The translations under genes and the position numbers were made by a program. From assembly GCF_006345805.1 (NCBI RefSeq), contig NC_042998.1:66030001-66094000 (forward strand): a stretch of 64,000 nt of DNA, read 5' to 3'. The notes under the pieces are model-generated. The model was given only the letters and a program-made list of their open reading frames with translations. It did no database searches and was not told where the DNA came from. The stretch is from Octopus sinensis. Its lineage: Eukaryota. This document shows, one piece after another, positions 14,606 through 28,337 of the stretch; the stretch's first letter is position 1; each line of letters begins with the position of its first letter.

Positions 14606-15489
14606 TACGTGGTGTTATCACAACGTTCATGGAAGATATCTGTAGCACACCAATTGATTGTAGTAAACGGTATCGTGCGAATTAAGAGCTAGCAGTTTGC
14701 CGGGTGACATCGTTTTATTTATTTTTCAAATTTGGAAATGTGAGCTTCTGTGATCACGCTTCTGCTATATTCTGCGATTTTGTCATGGACAGCAACAAAT
14801 TGCTAATGTGAAATTTTGCGTTAAACTTGGAATGTCTGTTACAGATACACTAAGCATGTTTCTGCAAGCTTACGGCGACGAGGCACTTGGTGGTACTCAA
14901 TATGAGCGCTCCAAAAGCAGAAGAACTTCCCTGGAAGACGATGAGCAATCTGGAAGACCTACCACGAGCATCACACCATGAAATGTGGTATTGTGCACCG
15001 TAAATCCGTCCTCCACTTCTAGTTCATTAATCAAGAATTCCACAGCAAAGTTTTAAAGCGTTTGTGGAAGGACATTTGGTGAAAGCGACCGGATCTGTGA
15101 TGTGCGAAGAAATGATTCACCACAACAAATATGTACCCTGTCACCCAGGTCTCCTCACTTGTGAGTTTCTCGCCAAACACAAACATATTTTCACTTTTCA
15201 CCTGCCCTATTCGCCAGATTTACCACATGCTGTTTACCGTCATTTCACCAAGGTGAAAATGGAAATCTATGGTTACTGTTTTAACACCATTGTGGAGATC
15301 TAGACCTAATTGCACAAGGTCATCGACTCGCATACGAACAACGATTTTCGGGCCGGATTCCAGAAGTGGCAGGAACACTGAAACCGGTCTATTGCTGTGC
15401 CAGGTTGTTATTTCGAAGTAGATCATGTTAAAACTTAGGTAAGTTCTTTTTTATTAAACATAACTAGTTCTTGAACTTGTTGGTATCAA

Positions 15490-15495
<6 letters not shown>
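14606..15495 (+). mobile_element. Internally deleted mariner transposon
   Basis: Translatable remnants KFCVKLG, AYGDEAL, EDDEQSGRP and HHNKYVPCH..LPYSPDL (cf. YSPDL motif); weak ~28-bp TIR-like ends next to TA. Confidence 0.85.
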
Positions 15496-15541
<46 letters not shown>

Positions 15542-15639
15542 ATAAAATGTACTTGGAAAAGAATGCGTGGCTTTCGATCATACTATAATATAAATAATAT
15601 ATATGCATATATCCATACATACATACATACATACATACA

Positions 15640-15673
<34 letters not shown>

Positions 15674-15674
15674 C

Positions 15675-15870
15675 ATGCCCCTCCGCCAAAAATCCCAAAT
15701 TTTATTTAATTTGCTTTTGCGGGAAGGACTGTTTCAACAAAGTCGTGTTGTCCTTACCTTCGGAACGCAGAGTAGACGAAACAGGGACAATTGAAGAAGA
15801 GGAATATTCCTTGTGTTGTATATCTTGTACTCTGTTTTTTTTCGTTGTTCGAAAAAAGTTCGTTTCCATG
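15675..15870 (+). repeat. Unclassified interspersed repeat (family F)
   Basis: Colinear with the reverse complement of 34390-34598 (AAAAATCCCAAATTT..GCGGGAAGG..GTCCTTACCTTC..GAAACAGGGACAA..GGAATATTCCTTGTGTTGTAT). Confidence 0.85.
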
Positions 15871-16752
15871 TTTTTGTTCAACTATGAAGCGCACAACACG
15901 TATAACGAATATATATGCAATGTGAAGACGGGTACCTACAATGTGGGTACCTCTCTCCACCATACATATATATACGTTACACGTGTATGTTCCTGACCAA
16001 ACATAGAGAATGAATGTAACACCCCGGCTTCAAATACGCAAAATATATAACAATTATTTTACTACATCATTTCATAGCCATTTATCTTTTTTGAAACACC
16101 CTCCTTGTAATTTGACGACTTGAGAACGTTGGATATATATCTATCTTAGAAATTTATAAAAAGTAAAACAATGTATATGCACGGATCGAATAAAGCTGAA
16201 ATCAAACTAAACATTGAGCAAAAGTGCTATTACGTTATTAAATACAGTATCGTGTTATGTTTTATGGGGAACGTATAAATTGCTTGATATATCCTCTAAA
16301 ATTGTACCCTGATTCTTTACATAAAGTGTTATAGATATCTACATCTTCAGAAAGCCAAATCTCATTTCTTTAAATATGTCTTTGATTTGCATCGTGTAAT
16401 ATGATTCATACAGTCGTGAGACTAGTGCGTCAGTAAATATATCTACCAGCCTATAAACGACTAATGTTTCACATGTAATAGAAAATGACAGTTACCAGAT
16501 CCCGGTCAATTCTCCTGTGGTTAAAGAGGCCCTCGTATGTTTCCGTTGATTTTTCTGTCTATTTTCTCGTCACCCCCAAATTTTCCACTACTCTTGCAGT
16601 CGGTGGTGCATTGATTTTCGCTTTAATTTTAATCAGTTTCTTCGTAGAATCATTTGTGGCTGCAATTGAAAAGTTAATATTTTTCAAGCTTCCTTCACAA
16701 TGTTTGTTTCTTTGCAATATAGCAATAATCTCTTGTTTTGGTAGTTTTTTTG

Positions 16753-16797
<45 letters not shown>

Positions 16798-16829
16798 GTT
16801 ATTTTTATTTTTTTATTATTATTATTATT

Positions 16830-17620
16830 TGTTATTGTTGTGGTTGTTGTTACTATATAACTGTTCGAATATTTCATAGCTTGAGGCAAATTTGTGTTGC
16901 ATCACCCGCTAGATCTACGTGTTGCTGGTGTGTGTGCAGCATTGCGTGTTCTTTTCTGCTTTGGGGAGTGTGCAAACTCCCCCCGGTACTGTATTGTGTT
17001 AGTTTCCTTTTTTACCTTGAGGTGTGGTGCTATCTTTTCTTGTGTCACTGCTTGCATTGTGTGTCGATTGTATAATGCATTGGTTTTCTAGCTTGCTAGT
17101 GGGAGTTTATTTCACTGGGTACATGTTGTATAGGGTGTCTTGTATTTGTATGTGGTTTTGTTTAGGTTGTATTTTTGGATTGATAGTGTCTTGCATAAGA
17201 CGTGGGTTATTCCTAGCAGGTATATTTTGGAGAATTTTTAGTGTTGAGGATCCAGGTATAGCTTCTACGTTTTTGTCCATAGGTTTTTATCATGCCCAAT
17301 GCTTCAATTATTATTGGTATTGTTTTTAATTCATGCCCTACATCCTGAATACTTCGATTTCGAAGTCTTTGTAATTTGAGAATTTCTACACTTCTTTTCG
17401 GACAATATTTTGATCGGAAAGTACTGCAATGTCTATCAGAAAGCAGGAGTTTGTTTGTTTTTCCAATCGTTAATTATTATGTCTGAGTGATTAACTTTTA
17501 TTTTCTTGTTGGTTTGAACAAGTATATGATTGTGGACTAGTCGTTGTTTTGTACCTTGTTATGCACATGTTCATCTACTACATTTATGGGAAATTCTGCC
17601 TGTGTGTGCGTGTGTTTGTG
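16830..17620 (-). mobile_element. Old R4/Dong-type LINE 3' fragment with (TAA)n tail
   Basis: Minus translation CFLIDIAVLSDQNIVRKEV*KFSNYKDFEIEV...TIPIIIEALGMIK...LLGITHVL matches the RLE domain; TAA-rich run at 16756-16830. Confidence 0.75.
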
Positions 17621-18399
17621 GCTTTGTTAGCTGACTCCTCCTACATTGCTTTATCGATTTTCTTGAAACTTAACACTTGAGTAGAACTCATGTCTGGAAA
17701 TACCATGGCATACTCAGATTGTTGAAAATATCGATAATAGGGTCCCTGGAAAGGTTCCTGATATATATCTAATATATGTTATTCTAAAACAAAGGTAAAC
17801 AAACTATTCTCCCCTGGAAGGGATCCTTACATATAGCCAAAGCAAATAATCCATTCCTATTCCTAAATTATTTGGTAAAAAGGAAACTGAGTATGCTTAT
17901 TTCTTACTATTTGCACTGTTAGATTTATTTTCGCAATTTATCCAGTACAACCCTTAAACAAGTAAATAGCATTTTCCTAAACAATTTGACGATATTTTAT
18001 GTCTCCGTTTTTGAGGAATCTATTCTGCGTTGGAGGGCATAAAGTTTTAAGGGTTAGTTTATACAATGTTAGCTTTAAAAAGCCACCTGAATATTGGGAA
18101 TTAGTTACCTGTATACTAATTACTTCCGCAGAATAGTAAACTTCCCACGTTATGACAGTTCAGTTCTCTTGGGATAGCTTAGAAAATGTAAGACGTGACA
18201 TTCAGGGCTGCAACAAAGAGTACGAAGCTTTGACCAGCGTAATTTAGTACGCCAGGCACTCAGACTGCATTCGTATGGCGCAAATGTCCACCCACTGAAG
18301 AATTGGACATTGGTCTTAATTAAGAAAGCTTTTTGAAATTGCTAGAATCTCTGAACATAGAGGGTCATATTTTGGCAGTGCGTTTCGGCACCTTGACAT

Positions 18400-18814
18400 A
18401 CCTGTAGAAAAAGTCAGAAGTGTTTACCCAGAATTACTATGAATTCATCAATACCAATTTCTGGCGACCTACATTACCCGATTGTAATCCCATATATTAG
18501 TGGATAGCATATTACTTGAGAAATATACCGATCATACTGCCTGCAAAACCAAGGATGAGCTGGTGGCTAAGATCCAGGAGGTGTTTGAAGATCCTCCCAA
18601 GGCCAAAGAGACGAACGCTTGTACCACATTTCCTAGCCCTCTTCACACCGTGGTTTTAAGCTGATGTGACCACTCTGATCAAACTGTTATCTCTCATCAA
18701 CAATCTAGATGATGTTTTATGACTTTTTAAAAATTAGTTTATATTTTGGATGGTGGGTTACTGTATTTTCTCTTCCCTTTATGAAAACTGTCAAATTTAG
18801 TCTGAACTGCCTGT
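18400..18814 (+). mobile_element. Tc1/mariner transposase 3' remnant
   Basis: YEFINTNFWRPTLPDCNPI...DHTACKTKDELVAKIQEVFED resembles the WPPxSPDxNP motif and downstream helix; ends in ...GCCTG-TA. Confidence 0.7.
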
Positions 18815-18819
18815 ATATA

Positions 18820-18869
<50 letters not shown>

Positions 18870-18891
18870 TACTTACATATACACACACATC

Positions 18892-18968
<77 letters not shown>

Positions 18969-19837
18969 CTTAGAGTACATTTAAAGGTATATCAACATAA
19001 TTGAAACATTATACTGTTTTATGTGTTTTAGCTTCTGTTTTTATATAAATTATCTACAATGTTCACCTAGTTTGCCGTTAATTAATTTCTCGCAGTCATA
19101 TATAATGAGATAGTGTGTACTGGGAATGGAATGCCTGTTCTAATATCAAGTATGGTTTCATATAACTAGGTGTCTATTTCATTGATGATAATTTGGTGTG
19201 ATATTACATTTGTTCGCTGAGTTAATACGTTTATGTGTCACCCATAACAAGAGAGCATAATAACGTTCATCGTTTTGAAATATATATTTTCAAAACCTCC
19301 CTATATCATCACGATCGCAATCCAACGTCCAATTGAAAACCCCCGAAAATTCTGTAATGTTAATCTAGCCTTAATAATGCTACGCAATTTACTGAAGCCT
19401 TTTATAATATGAATTCATTGAAAGCGTCATAAGCATATAATGAACCCAAGAATTTCTTTGCACAATTCCGAACACTAATTATCCACAGCAACACGGCACT
19501 CGCTGTATTTGCTCCTCCTCTCTTACTCACTCTTTGTCTCACACTTACACTCCCTCTCTCTCTTTCTCTCTCTCTCATGTATTCAATCTGAACATTACAC
19601 TTAACCCACTCTACCTCCAATGGTAAACTGATCGCATTGATGAATCCCTGTCAAAAGGATTTTAATAAAGGGAATATCATCAGCAGAGTTTATTAATGCC
19701 TTCTACATCTGAATACCCGTTCCCATTATGAAGTTTGAAATTGCTGCTTGGATATGATTTGAGGCATTTAATTAAATACCATATTGATTCACTTAATATA
19801 TTTTATTGAAATATTACTTCAAATATTACTTTATGCG

Positions 19838-19871
<34 letters not shown>

Positions 19872-22059
19872 CTAATTATTTATGTTTCCTAATCTCTAGT
19901 AATATATGGGCATTGATCATATCCAATAACAAAGTATACATCAATTTAGCTGTTTAACTCCCTAACGGATAACTGTTTCCTATAACTTTGCAAGTAGGAG
20001 AATGTTAAGTCTATTGTAACCACCCCAGTACAGGATTAAGCTTGTTAACTAACTCATATATAACAGGGTTATCTGTCTGCATACTGCGTTGATAGAAGTA
20101 ACTGCTACATACGTGGATGCATGTTTATTTTTTAAATTATTTATATAAGAATATATATTTGTGTCAGAACTTAATTTGAAGATAACATTTAACCTAAAAC
20201 AGAGTTATCATTTCTGTTTATTCAGTCACTTATGATAAAAATTACATGAAATATGTTGTGCTTAGAAAACAAATATTGTTCATTTAAACATGCAAAATTA
20301 TATGTTATAAAACCGTTGATCAATATTCGCTTAAATGATAAAATCCGTTCCTATCTAACACGTGAAATTTAGAGAGAAAACAAAATATTACGAAATAAGT
20401 AGGATTCAAATGAAGCTGCAGATGTAGAACAGCCGTTCCTCAGTCGTTCAACATCTTTATTGAGGCTATTTTCTAGATCAGCTGTTTTCTGCAAAGACCA
20501 ATACGGATCAAATGTTAAAAAAGCAAATTTTATTGGAAAAATCTGATTTGGAAGTCTCAATTTGCTGAGGAACATGATCATGGCATCATTTTAAAAGACA
20601 GACATGTTGTTACTCGAATCTTAAGTGTATAAGTGCATATTCTACATCAAGAAGCTGGGATTTTTAAAGACACTGCTTGACACAAGCGTCTAGTCGTGGT
20701 GTTGATTATGTTTTGGGAAAGAGCAACATGTCAAGTAAATGGTTTGCTTTCATACACCGAATGAAATGCATCATGAATAGTGAAGCCTAACGAATGATCT
20801 CGATGAGAAATAACTATCAGTGAGATAATTACAACCTGGGATATTGTATGGGTTCCTCACAACATACTAATGCATACAGTAGATATAACCAGAAATTAAA
20901 TCGAAATTCACATCCTTCCATTGTTACAAAATCGTAGATTGTAAGCCTGACATATAGGCATGACATGGAAAAGAGTCAAATGCTCATTTAATAAAGGAAC
21001 ACCAAATATGGGATATGATAGCAAAGTGAAATAAATGAAGAAAACACAAATTCGACACATAAATATCATTATGTCAATTTATCTGAGGATGAAGTTGATG
21101 CTAGCTTCGCAAATATAGAACGAGAGCAAATGGTTAAAAATAAAAAGTTGAAAACAATTTGAAAATATATGCGTGCATTGATTATGAATCAATCATGTTG
21201 ATTTGACAGGAAGTGACGGATAGAGATTCGTTGCACATGAGACCAGAATAGTTAATTGTGAGTGAAGGGTATATAATTGTACGTGTGTGTTATCTGTGCA
21301 CCTGTATGTGATGGTAACGTATTTTACGTTGTGACTTCTTACAATTTCAGGTTTAATGATCCCATGGTCTCTGAGCATGAATATGATGAAATGGAATGTA
21401 TGTCTTTTCTGAGACTTAATGCTTTGTCTAGGCCCATTTGTTTTGTGTATATCAATGTGTAAATTACTCGTTATCGTGTGAGTGTTTTTCTATGTATATT
21501 GCGTTAGCGTATGGGCTGCTGTCGAATTTATCACGATGTTTATGTTGATGTGTGCATGCTTAGCAGTTTTATGAGACGTGTCTGTCACTCACTTTGTACA
21601 TGCATATTTGTGCTGTGCGTCTCTTTAGCTTGTTTTGTGTGCATATGCTGTAATTTTGAATGTTGCCGAGGGATTGTGGATTGGTGAAACATATGGGTGT
21701 GCGTTTTCAATGTATGTATTTGCTTAAATCTGTATTTTTTCAATATGTATTCGCTGAATGTATGTATGGCAGGAAAATACAAAAACATAAAAAAGTTTCA
21801 ATCAGTGTCTCTGTTTGCAACGCTAACTGTGAGAGTGGATGAACATAGGGATTATAATCTGGGCTCCTGCAGAACATCTGGCAGCCGAACTTTTGTCGTG
21901 GGGAATTCTTCACCCGAAAACTAAGAGAAAGAGACGTGATCATATTCTTATATAGTGTGTCTGATTTGAACCTAGGACGATATACGAGTTAGTTACAGTG
22001 AGAAACTCCCTAGTTATAGGTCGTACAGCTGTATCTGACGCCGATGAAATAAGTATCGG

Positions 22060-22180
22060 GCTTGAAAATTAAGTACCGGGGTCTATTTGTTCGACTAAAC
22101 TATTGAAAGCTGTGTCCCAACATGGCCGAAGTTCAATGACTGACACAAGTAAAAAATAAAGATAAAAGAGAATTTAATTT
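22060..22180 (+). mobile_element. SINE 3' fragment (family A/B tail)
   Basis: AATTAAGTACCGGGGTCTATTTGTTCGACTAAA...CATGGCCG...AATGACTGACACAAGTAAAA. Confidence 0.7.
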
Positions 22181-23017
22181 GAAAATTATATTTTTCTGAG
22201 GAACGCAATACTATTTTAATTTCAAATATATGAAACTTCATGTATACATAACTGATCCACTTGAAATGAAGTATTGATAATAAGGTTCTTTTAGTTCCAA
22301 ATAGAGAGAAAGATAAAACCCCGGGAAATATATTCCCGCTTGAAAATCTCCCGTAAAATGTACGCAGATGATACTTAAGCAATCATAAAAACTTCTGCTT
22401 TGAAACGTGACTATATGACGCTTAGATGTTTTATGTTATCTTAAGTATCTCAGAGTGTTTAATTATTCTTTCTATTAAAGTTATACAGCGCGAGATTTGA
22501 AGTTAATTAGCCTCAAGGAAATACATTACTTGCAAACAAATACATCGTGGAATGGATTTCTGCGAGTGAATTACATTAGATTATTAGAAAACCCAGCGCC
22601 AAGGGTTAGGCGTTTCTATGAAATTATTTCAATATAGGTTGTTGATTAACAGTTATGTAGAAGAATTGAAGAGATAATAAAATAAGATTGCCATGCGATA
22701 GTGTCATAGATTCTCTTAGATTGGAATGAATATATTTTAAGGAAATAGAAAATATCCGTTCAATATGGCCATTCGTAATTAAGCGGAAATTCTTGTAGAA
22801 TTACTTTGAGTTTGCCAACTTTGGGTTATTTTGTTTAGTTATTTTAGTTATTCTGTTTAGTCAATACTTATCATTTCGGATCCGAGTTGCACTGACGTCC
22901 ACAAATTTGCGAATATACACAAACGCTGTATTTCAATAAAACAAAGAAACATAGACATACATACATATATACAAATATAATTGAACACCTACATACGATA
23001 CTTACACATAAGCATGT

Positions 23018-23060
<43 letters not shown>

Positions 23061-23061
<1 letters not shown>

Positions 23062-23460
23062 TCTTTTACTTGTTTCAGTCATGTGACTGTGGCCATGCTG
23101 GAACACCGCTTTTACTCGAGCAAGTTGATCCCAGGACTTATTCTTTGTAAGCCTAGTACTTATTCTATCGGTCTCTTTTACCGAACTGCTAGGTTACGGA
23201 GAGGTAAGTACACCAGCATCGGTTGTCAAGCGATGTTCGGCGGACAAACATATATACACAAACATATACACACACATAGATATATATATATACATATATA
23301 CGACGAGCTTCTTTCAGTTTCCGTCTACCAAATCCACGTACAAGGCTTTGGTTGGCCCGAGGCTATAGTAGAAGACACTTGCCCAAGTGGCCACGCAGTG
23401 GAACGGAGCCCGGAACCATGTTGTTCGTAAGCACGCTACTTACCACACAGCCACTCCTAT
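23061..23460 (-). mobile_element. SINE family B, full-length
   Basis: tRNA-like head at the right end, internal (TA/CA)n, 3' tail CAGTCATGTGACTGTGGCCATGCTGG on plus. Confidence 0.9.
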
Positions 23461-24101
23461 ATATATGGATGCATACATAAGTGACTTAGAAATCATTCAT
23501 ATAATTTGTGTGGAACCAATCTATAGGTAGACACGCACAAAAGCACCTACATATTCACATATCCTAAGATAGGTATACTCACAAATTTACATATATATAA
23601 TTCTTTTTTAAATTTCTTCTTTCGGAAAAGTTTTTACAGACTATATATATATATGGCTGTCTGTGAAATAATTGTGCAAGCGTGAGCGTATGTGTATGTT
23701 TGTGTGTGTTTGTATGTGTTTAGTTTGTTAACAGCTTTACTTTTCAAACATATTTTAGTAAAAATAAAGCACTCTAAGTTTAATCATATTAAACATATTC
23801 TCACGTTTTCCCATTTTTTTAATGATTAATTTGTAAATTCACAGACTGTCGTTTCTAAACACATTTTCTTTTTCAAATGGATCTTATATAAGCTTATATA
23901 ATCTGTTACATTGTATGCGGCAAGTCAGATACGGGAAATAATTAAACGAGATAGATGATGTAGAAGAAACATATATTATATAAATGTTTTAAGTAAAGAA
24001 GTAAACTGTTAGATTTGGCACATATGGGTGACTAGTTCTCAGCATTTGACTTTTTGCATTAGTCCGTACGGTTCTGTGCAAAGCTTAAAGTATCTTACGA
24101 A

Positions 24102-24920
24102 GATGGTGAACTGTCAGAAACGTTGGCACGCCGGGCAAAATGCGTAGCCGTATTTCGTCTGCCACTACGTTCTGAGTTCAAATTCCGCCGAGGTCGAATT
24201 TGCCTTTCATCCTTTTGGGATCGATTAAATAAGTACCAGTTACGCACTGGGGTCGATGTAATCAACTTAATCCCTTTGTCTGTCCTTGTTTGTCCCCTTT
24301 GTGTTTAGCCTCTTATGGGTAGTAAAGAAATATGTATTTCGTCTCTCTTTTGCGTCCTGAGTTAAAATTCCGCTGATGTCGACTTTGCCTTTCATTCTTT
24401 TGGGGTCGATTAAAGAATTATCAGTCACGCAATGAAGTCGATGTAATTGACATAATCCCTATGTCTCTCCTTGTTTGTTCCGCCTGTGTTTAGTCCTATG
24501 TGGGCAATAAAGAAACAAATATAAAATAGTTTAGGAAGGTGGCGAGCTGGCAGAAACGTTAGCACGCCGGGCGAAATGCTTTGCGGTATTTCGTCCGCCA
24601 CTGCGTGCTGAGTTTAAATTCCGCCGAGATCGACTTTGCCTTTCATCCTTTCGGGGTCGATTAAATAAGTACCAGTTACGCACTGGGATCGATATAATCG
24701 ACTTAATCCGTGTGTCTGTCCTTGTTTGTCCCCTCTTTGTTTAGCCCCTTGCGTGTAGTAAAGAAATAGATATTTCGTCTGTCTTTGCGTTCTGAGTTCA
24801 ACTTTGATTTTTCTCTTTTCGAGGTCGATTAAATAAACACCACTTGCGTACTGGGGAGGAATCGATCTGCTAGACGAAACTCCTTCTCAATTTCGGGCCT
24901 TGTGCCTAGGGTAGAAAAGA
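24102..24920 (+). mobile_element. Four head-to-tail SINE family A units (two full, two headless)
   Basis: Units ~24102-24331, 24332-24518, 24537-24768, 24769-24920; B box GAGTTCAAATTCC; units 2 and 4 both begin at TATTTCGTCT. Confidence 0.9.
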
Positions 24921-25258
24921 ATATACAATAGGTTAGGAAAGCATAGACTTACAGTACATCTTTATTTGTTTAATAAAAGACGATATAAATGTTAGTTGTT
25001 TGCTTGCTTGCTGGTTGATTGTTTTGCATTCATCTCTGTCGTTTTATATCGACTAAAGAGATTGTGGATGAGTGACTAAAAGCGAAATCCATGGCAAGCT
25101 CACGTTAGAAGCGCAGAATTAGTACTTGTGAATTCTTCAAAAACATATTTATGTAATTTTTTTGATATGGTATGAAAAGGTAATAAAATACTTACATATA
25201 TTAATTGAAAATACACAAATGAGATTTATATATAATTTTGTTTTAATGTTTATTCGTT

Positions 25259-25625
25259 TCTTTGTTTCAGTCATTTGAGTGCGGCCATGCTTGAGCACCG
25301 CCGTTAGTCGAACAAGTCAACCCCAGGACTTATCTTTTGTAAGCCTGGTACTTATTCTATCGGTCTTTTTTGTAGAACCGCTAAATTACGGGAACGTAAA
25401 CACACCAGCATCAGTTGTCAAGCGATGCAGGGAGAACAACCACAGATACCCAAATATATACACACATACTCACACATACATATATATCTATATCTATCAA
25501 TCTATCACAAGGCTTTGGTCGGCCCGATGCTACAGTAGAATACACTTGCCCAAGGTGCCCCCAGTGGGACCGAAGCCGGAACTATGTGGTTTGTAAGCGA
25601 ACTACTCACTACACAGCCCCTCTAT
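25259..25625 (-). mobile_element. SINE family B copy
   Basis: Colinear with 23061-23460, with a small internal deletion. Confidence 0.88.
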
Positions 25626-25797
25626 TTTTTTCTTTTGAAAATTATCTTCTGTATATTATTTCGTATAAGCATCAATGTGTTTGATAAAAATGTATTATGA
25701 TTATTGTATGTCATACTTTAGATATTACCCATGGTACAAAAAGTTTGGTTAGTTCCTATGTTATCTGTCACATGATTGGTAACTCCAGTTTTACGCT

Positions 25798-26654
25798 TAC
25801 GAGAGCTGATCAATAAGTACCCGGTCTTTTACCATAGTAACAAAGCTAAAACACGCAGAGTAAAGCTGCTTCGCACAGATTGACCTTCAACTCTGCTTTA
25901 CATGCGCTCTAAATTTTGAAGATTGTAGCTCACTTCCGCTGATTACACAGCGCTTGGAATGAAGGTGTGTAGTGTATGATCGACGCAGTGACCACGACAG
26001 AGAAAGTTGAACAGAGAATCTGTATCAAATTTTGCCACAAGCTTGAAGTCACCTGCTCAGAGTCCAACGCAAAGTTTTCAAAAATTGTCATCGTTCTCGA
26101 CATAATCAAGGAGATCTTCTACAATTGAAACCTGAGTGTCTTTTTGGTCAGCTGAAAGCAATTTTTTTCACAAACTTGGAAGACACGCGTTTCATACTCA
26201 AATCTTCAGCGATAATGGATTGAACTGAACCGTAGCTAATCTGCAAATCCTATAATAACTCAGAGATGGTGATTCGACGATTTCCCCGTACAGCTGCATA
26301 CACATCTGTGATGTTTTTCTCAGTTCTGCTGGTTGCGAGTCTTCCAAAACATTCATCAATATCGAAATTTGTTTTGGCCATCTTGGAACGTCTGAACCAC
26401 TCGTAAACTTGTGCGTACGCCTCTGAGCCGGTGTCGCCATGACAGCTTGCTCTGTCGTAGTCAATGCAACGATCACGTGCTAAACACCTTCCTTCCAAGC
26501 AGTGCTGTAAACAGTGGAAGTGAGCTAGAACGTTACCACTTCGTGCGCATACACAAGAGATTTGAAGATCAATCTGTGCCCAGAAGCTTTACTCGCCGTG
26601 ATTTAGCTTTGTTACTATGGCAGCAACCCGTATGTTTATTGATCAGCCCAGATA
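25798..26654. mobile_element. Mariner derivative with two inverted 5' ends
   Basis: ~220-bp inverted repeats (25798-26020 vs ~26445-26654). Plus arm encodes TEKVEQRICIKFCHKL; minus arm encodes YAQVYEWF..GRLATSRTEKNI..NRRITI and MKRVSSKFV; TA at both ends. Confidence 0.85.
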
Positions 26655-28337
26655 TCTCCCCAAAATTTGAGAAAAAGAAACGATGAAAACTTTATTAATA
26701 GCAAAGTGTTCATAGAAAATCAAGCTCACAGATATACAGAGAAATATACTTGGATTTAAAGTTTTATAATTTTAAATATGGCTTCAGGATATTATCATTT
26801 ATAAAAGTATTCCCGAGATCATTCACCACTTGCTATAAAATGTATAGAATATGCTCAATTGCAACATATTAATATAAAATTGTGATTTTCATGGCCCTGA
26901 GCTGATGTCAGTCTAATGAATTTAGAAACGTTATTGTTCCCCACGAAGGAGAATATTTTAAAAAGAAATTACTGAAGAATCCATATTCAAAGAAATATCA
27001 TACTTCAAAATTATTTTAATATAAAAGAATATAACATGTTGTAAGATATAACATATATGTGTGTGGGTACGTGTGTGAGTTTACATCTCTGTGTGTGTTT
27101 AAGTAAGCATGGAAGATCACGTCACATGTTCCCCATCAAAATATTGAATATGAATCTCAAATGTATTAAAAGATGACACAAGCAAATCTATATAGTAGAA
27201 CTAGTTGATCACGGCTGGGATTACATTTTTACCATGTCATCTTGAAAGAAATACACTTATGACAAAAGAAAAATTAGTCTTTTCTCTTATCTGTTCCTCA
27301 ATCAATCAATCAACGTATCTGCCTATGTGTCTGTCAGTCTATCTTTCATTCTGTATATCTATCTGTCTGGCTGACTCTCTGTCTATCTACCTGTCTATCT
27401 CTCTGTCTATCTATTTATCGATCTATATTATTTTATTCTTTTATTTGCTGCAGTCACTTGACTGAAATGTTCGCTTAGTGTTCGTTTCTCTCCTCTTCTT
27501 TGACGCCCTCTCTCCATTTTTCCCTTTCATTCTCTCCATTTTAAATAATATTTGTATTTTAAATGAGTTGAATATGCTAAAATTACACAGTAAAATTATC
27601 CTAAATTGTTTATATGTCGAATGAAAACACTCAGTTCTGATGTCGGATATATCATGTTTGTATCTCACAAAAGATGCATCGATATATTTTCAGAGTTAGA
27701 AAAATTAGGTATTCATTTTCCATTTCTGATTGCATATAATATTTAATAAAAATCATTGATTTCATGAGTTAAAAAATGTTTCTATATACATTCTTCCTAA
27801 CTAATGTAAGAATAAATAATAAATAAAAAAATGTTCATCGATTTTGTAAAATAAAATGCGCAAATTCAATAATGAATCTCAAATTATTTTTCTTGCAGAT
27901 TTTAATTTTTCTTTTCTATTTATTCTAAAGTCATCAAATATTTGTATCTAATGATGTGCTTTGAATTTCTAAACAGGAAGTTAATTTTCTTATGCCTATA
28001 ATATGTTAAATTTTATTTTATCCAATCAAAATGGCCGTGCTGATAATGTAGGACATTATAACGTAGTGACTAGCATCTTAAATCATGCGAACAATTTTAT
28101 GTTTTGTCTGTGTTTCAATCACACACACACTTTTCAATAAACGACACATTTTTACCATTAATTAGTATTTATTCATCATGTTGAAATATCATTTCAGAAA
28201 TGGGTTGAATGTCTGTTGTCGGTAGAGGTTGTCTGTGTCAATTTCGTTTACGTATGCAATTGTACATGCAGAAGAAATGATCAACATGCGAAATCAAAAG
28301 TTAAAAATCTACATTAAATGCATAAACTCTTTGACAT

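Noticed and set aside
24102-24920. Regularly spaced repeats as a CRISPR-like array
   Set aside because: The units are ~200-bp SINEs with Pol III boxes, there are no unique equal-length spacers, and the context is eukaryotic.
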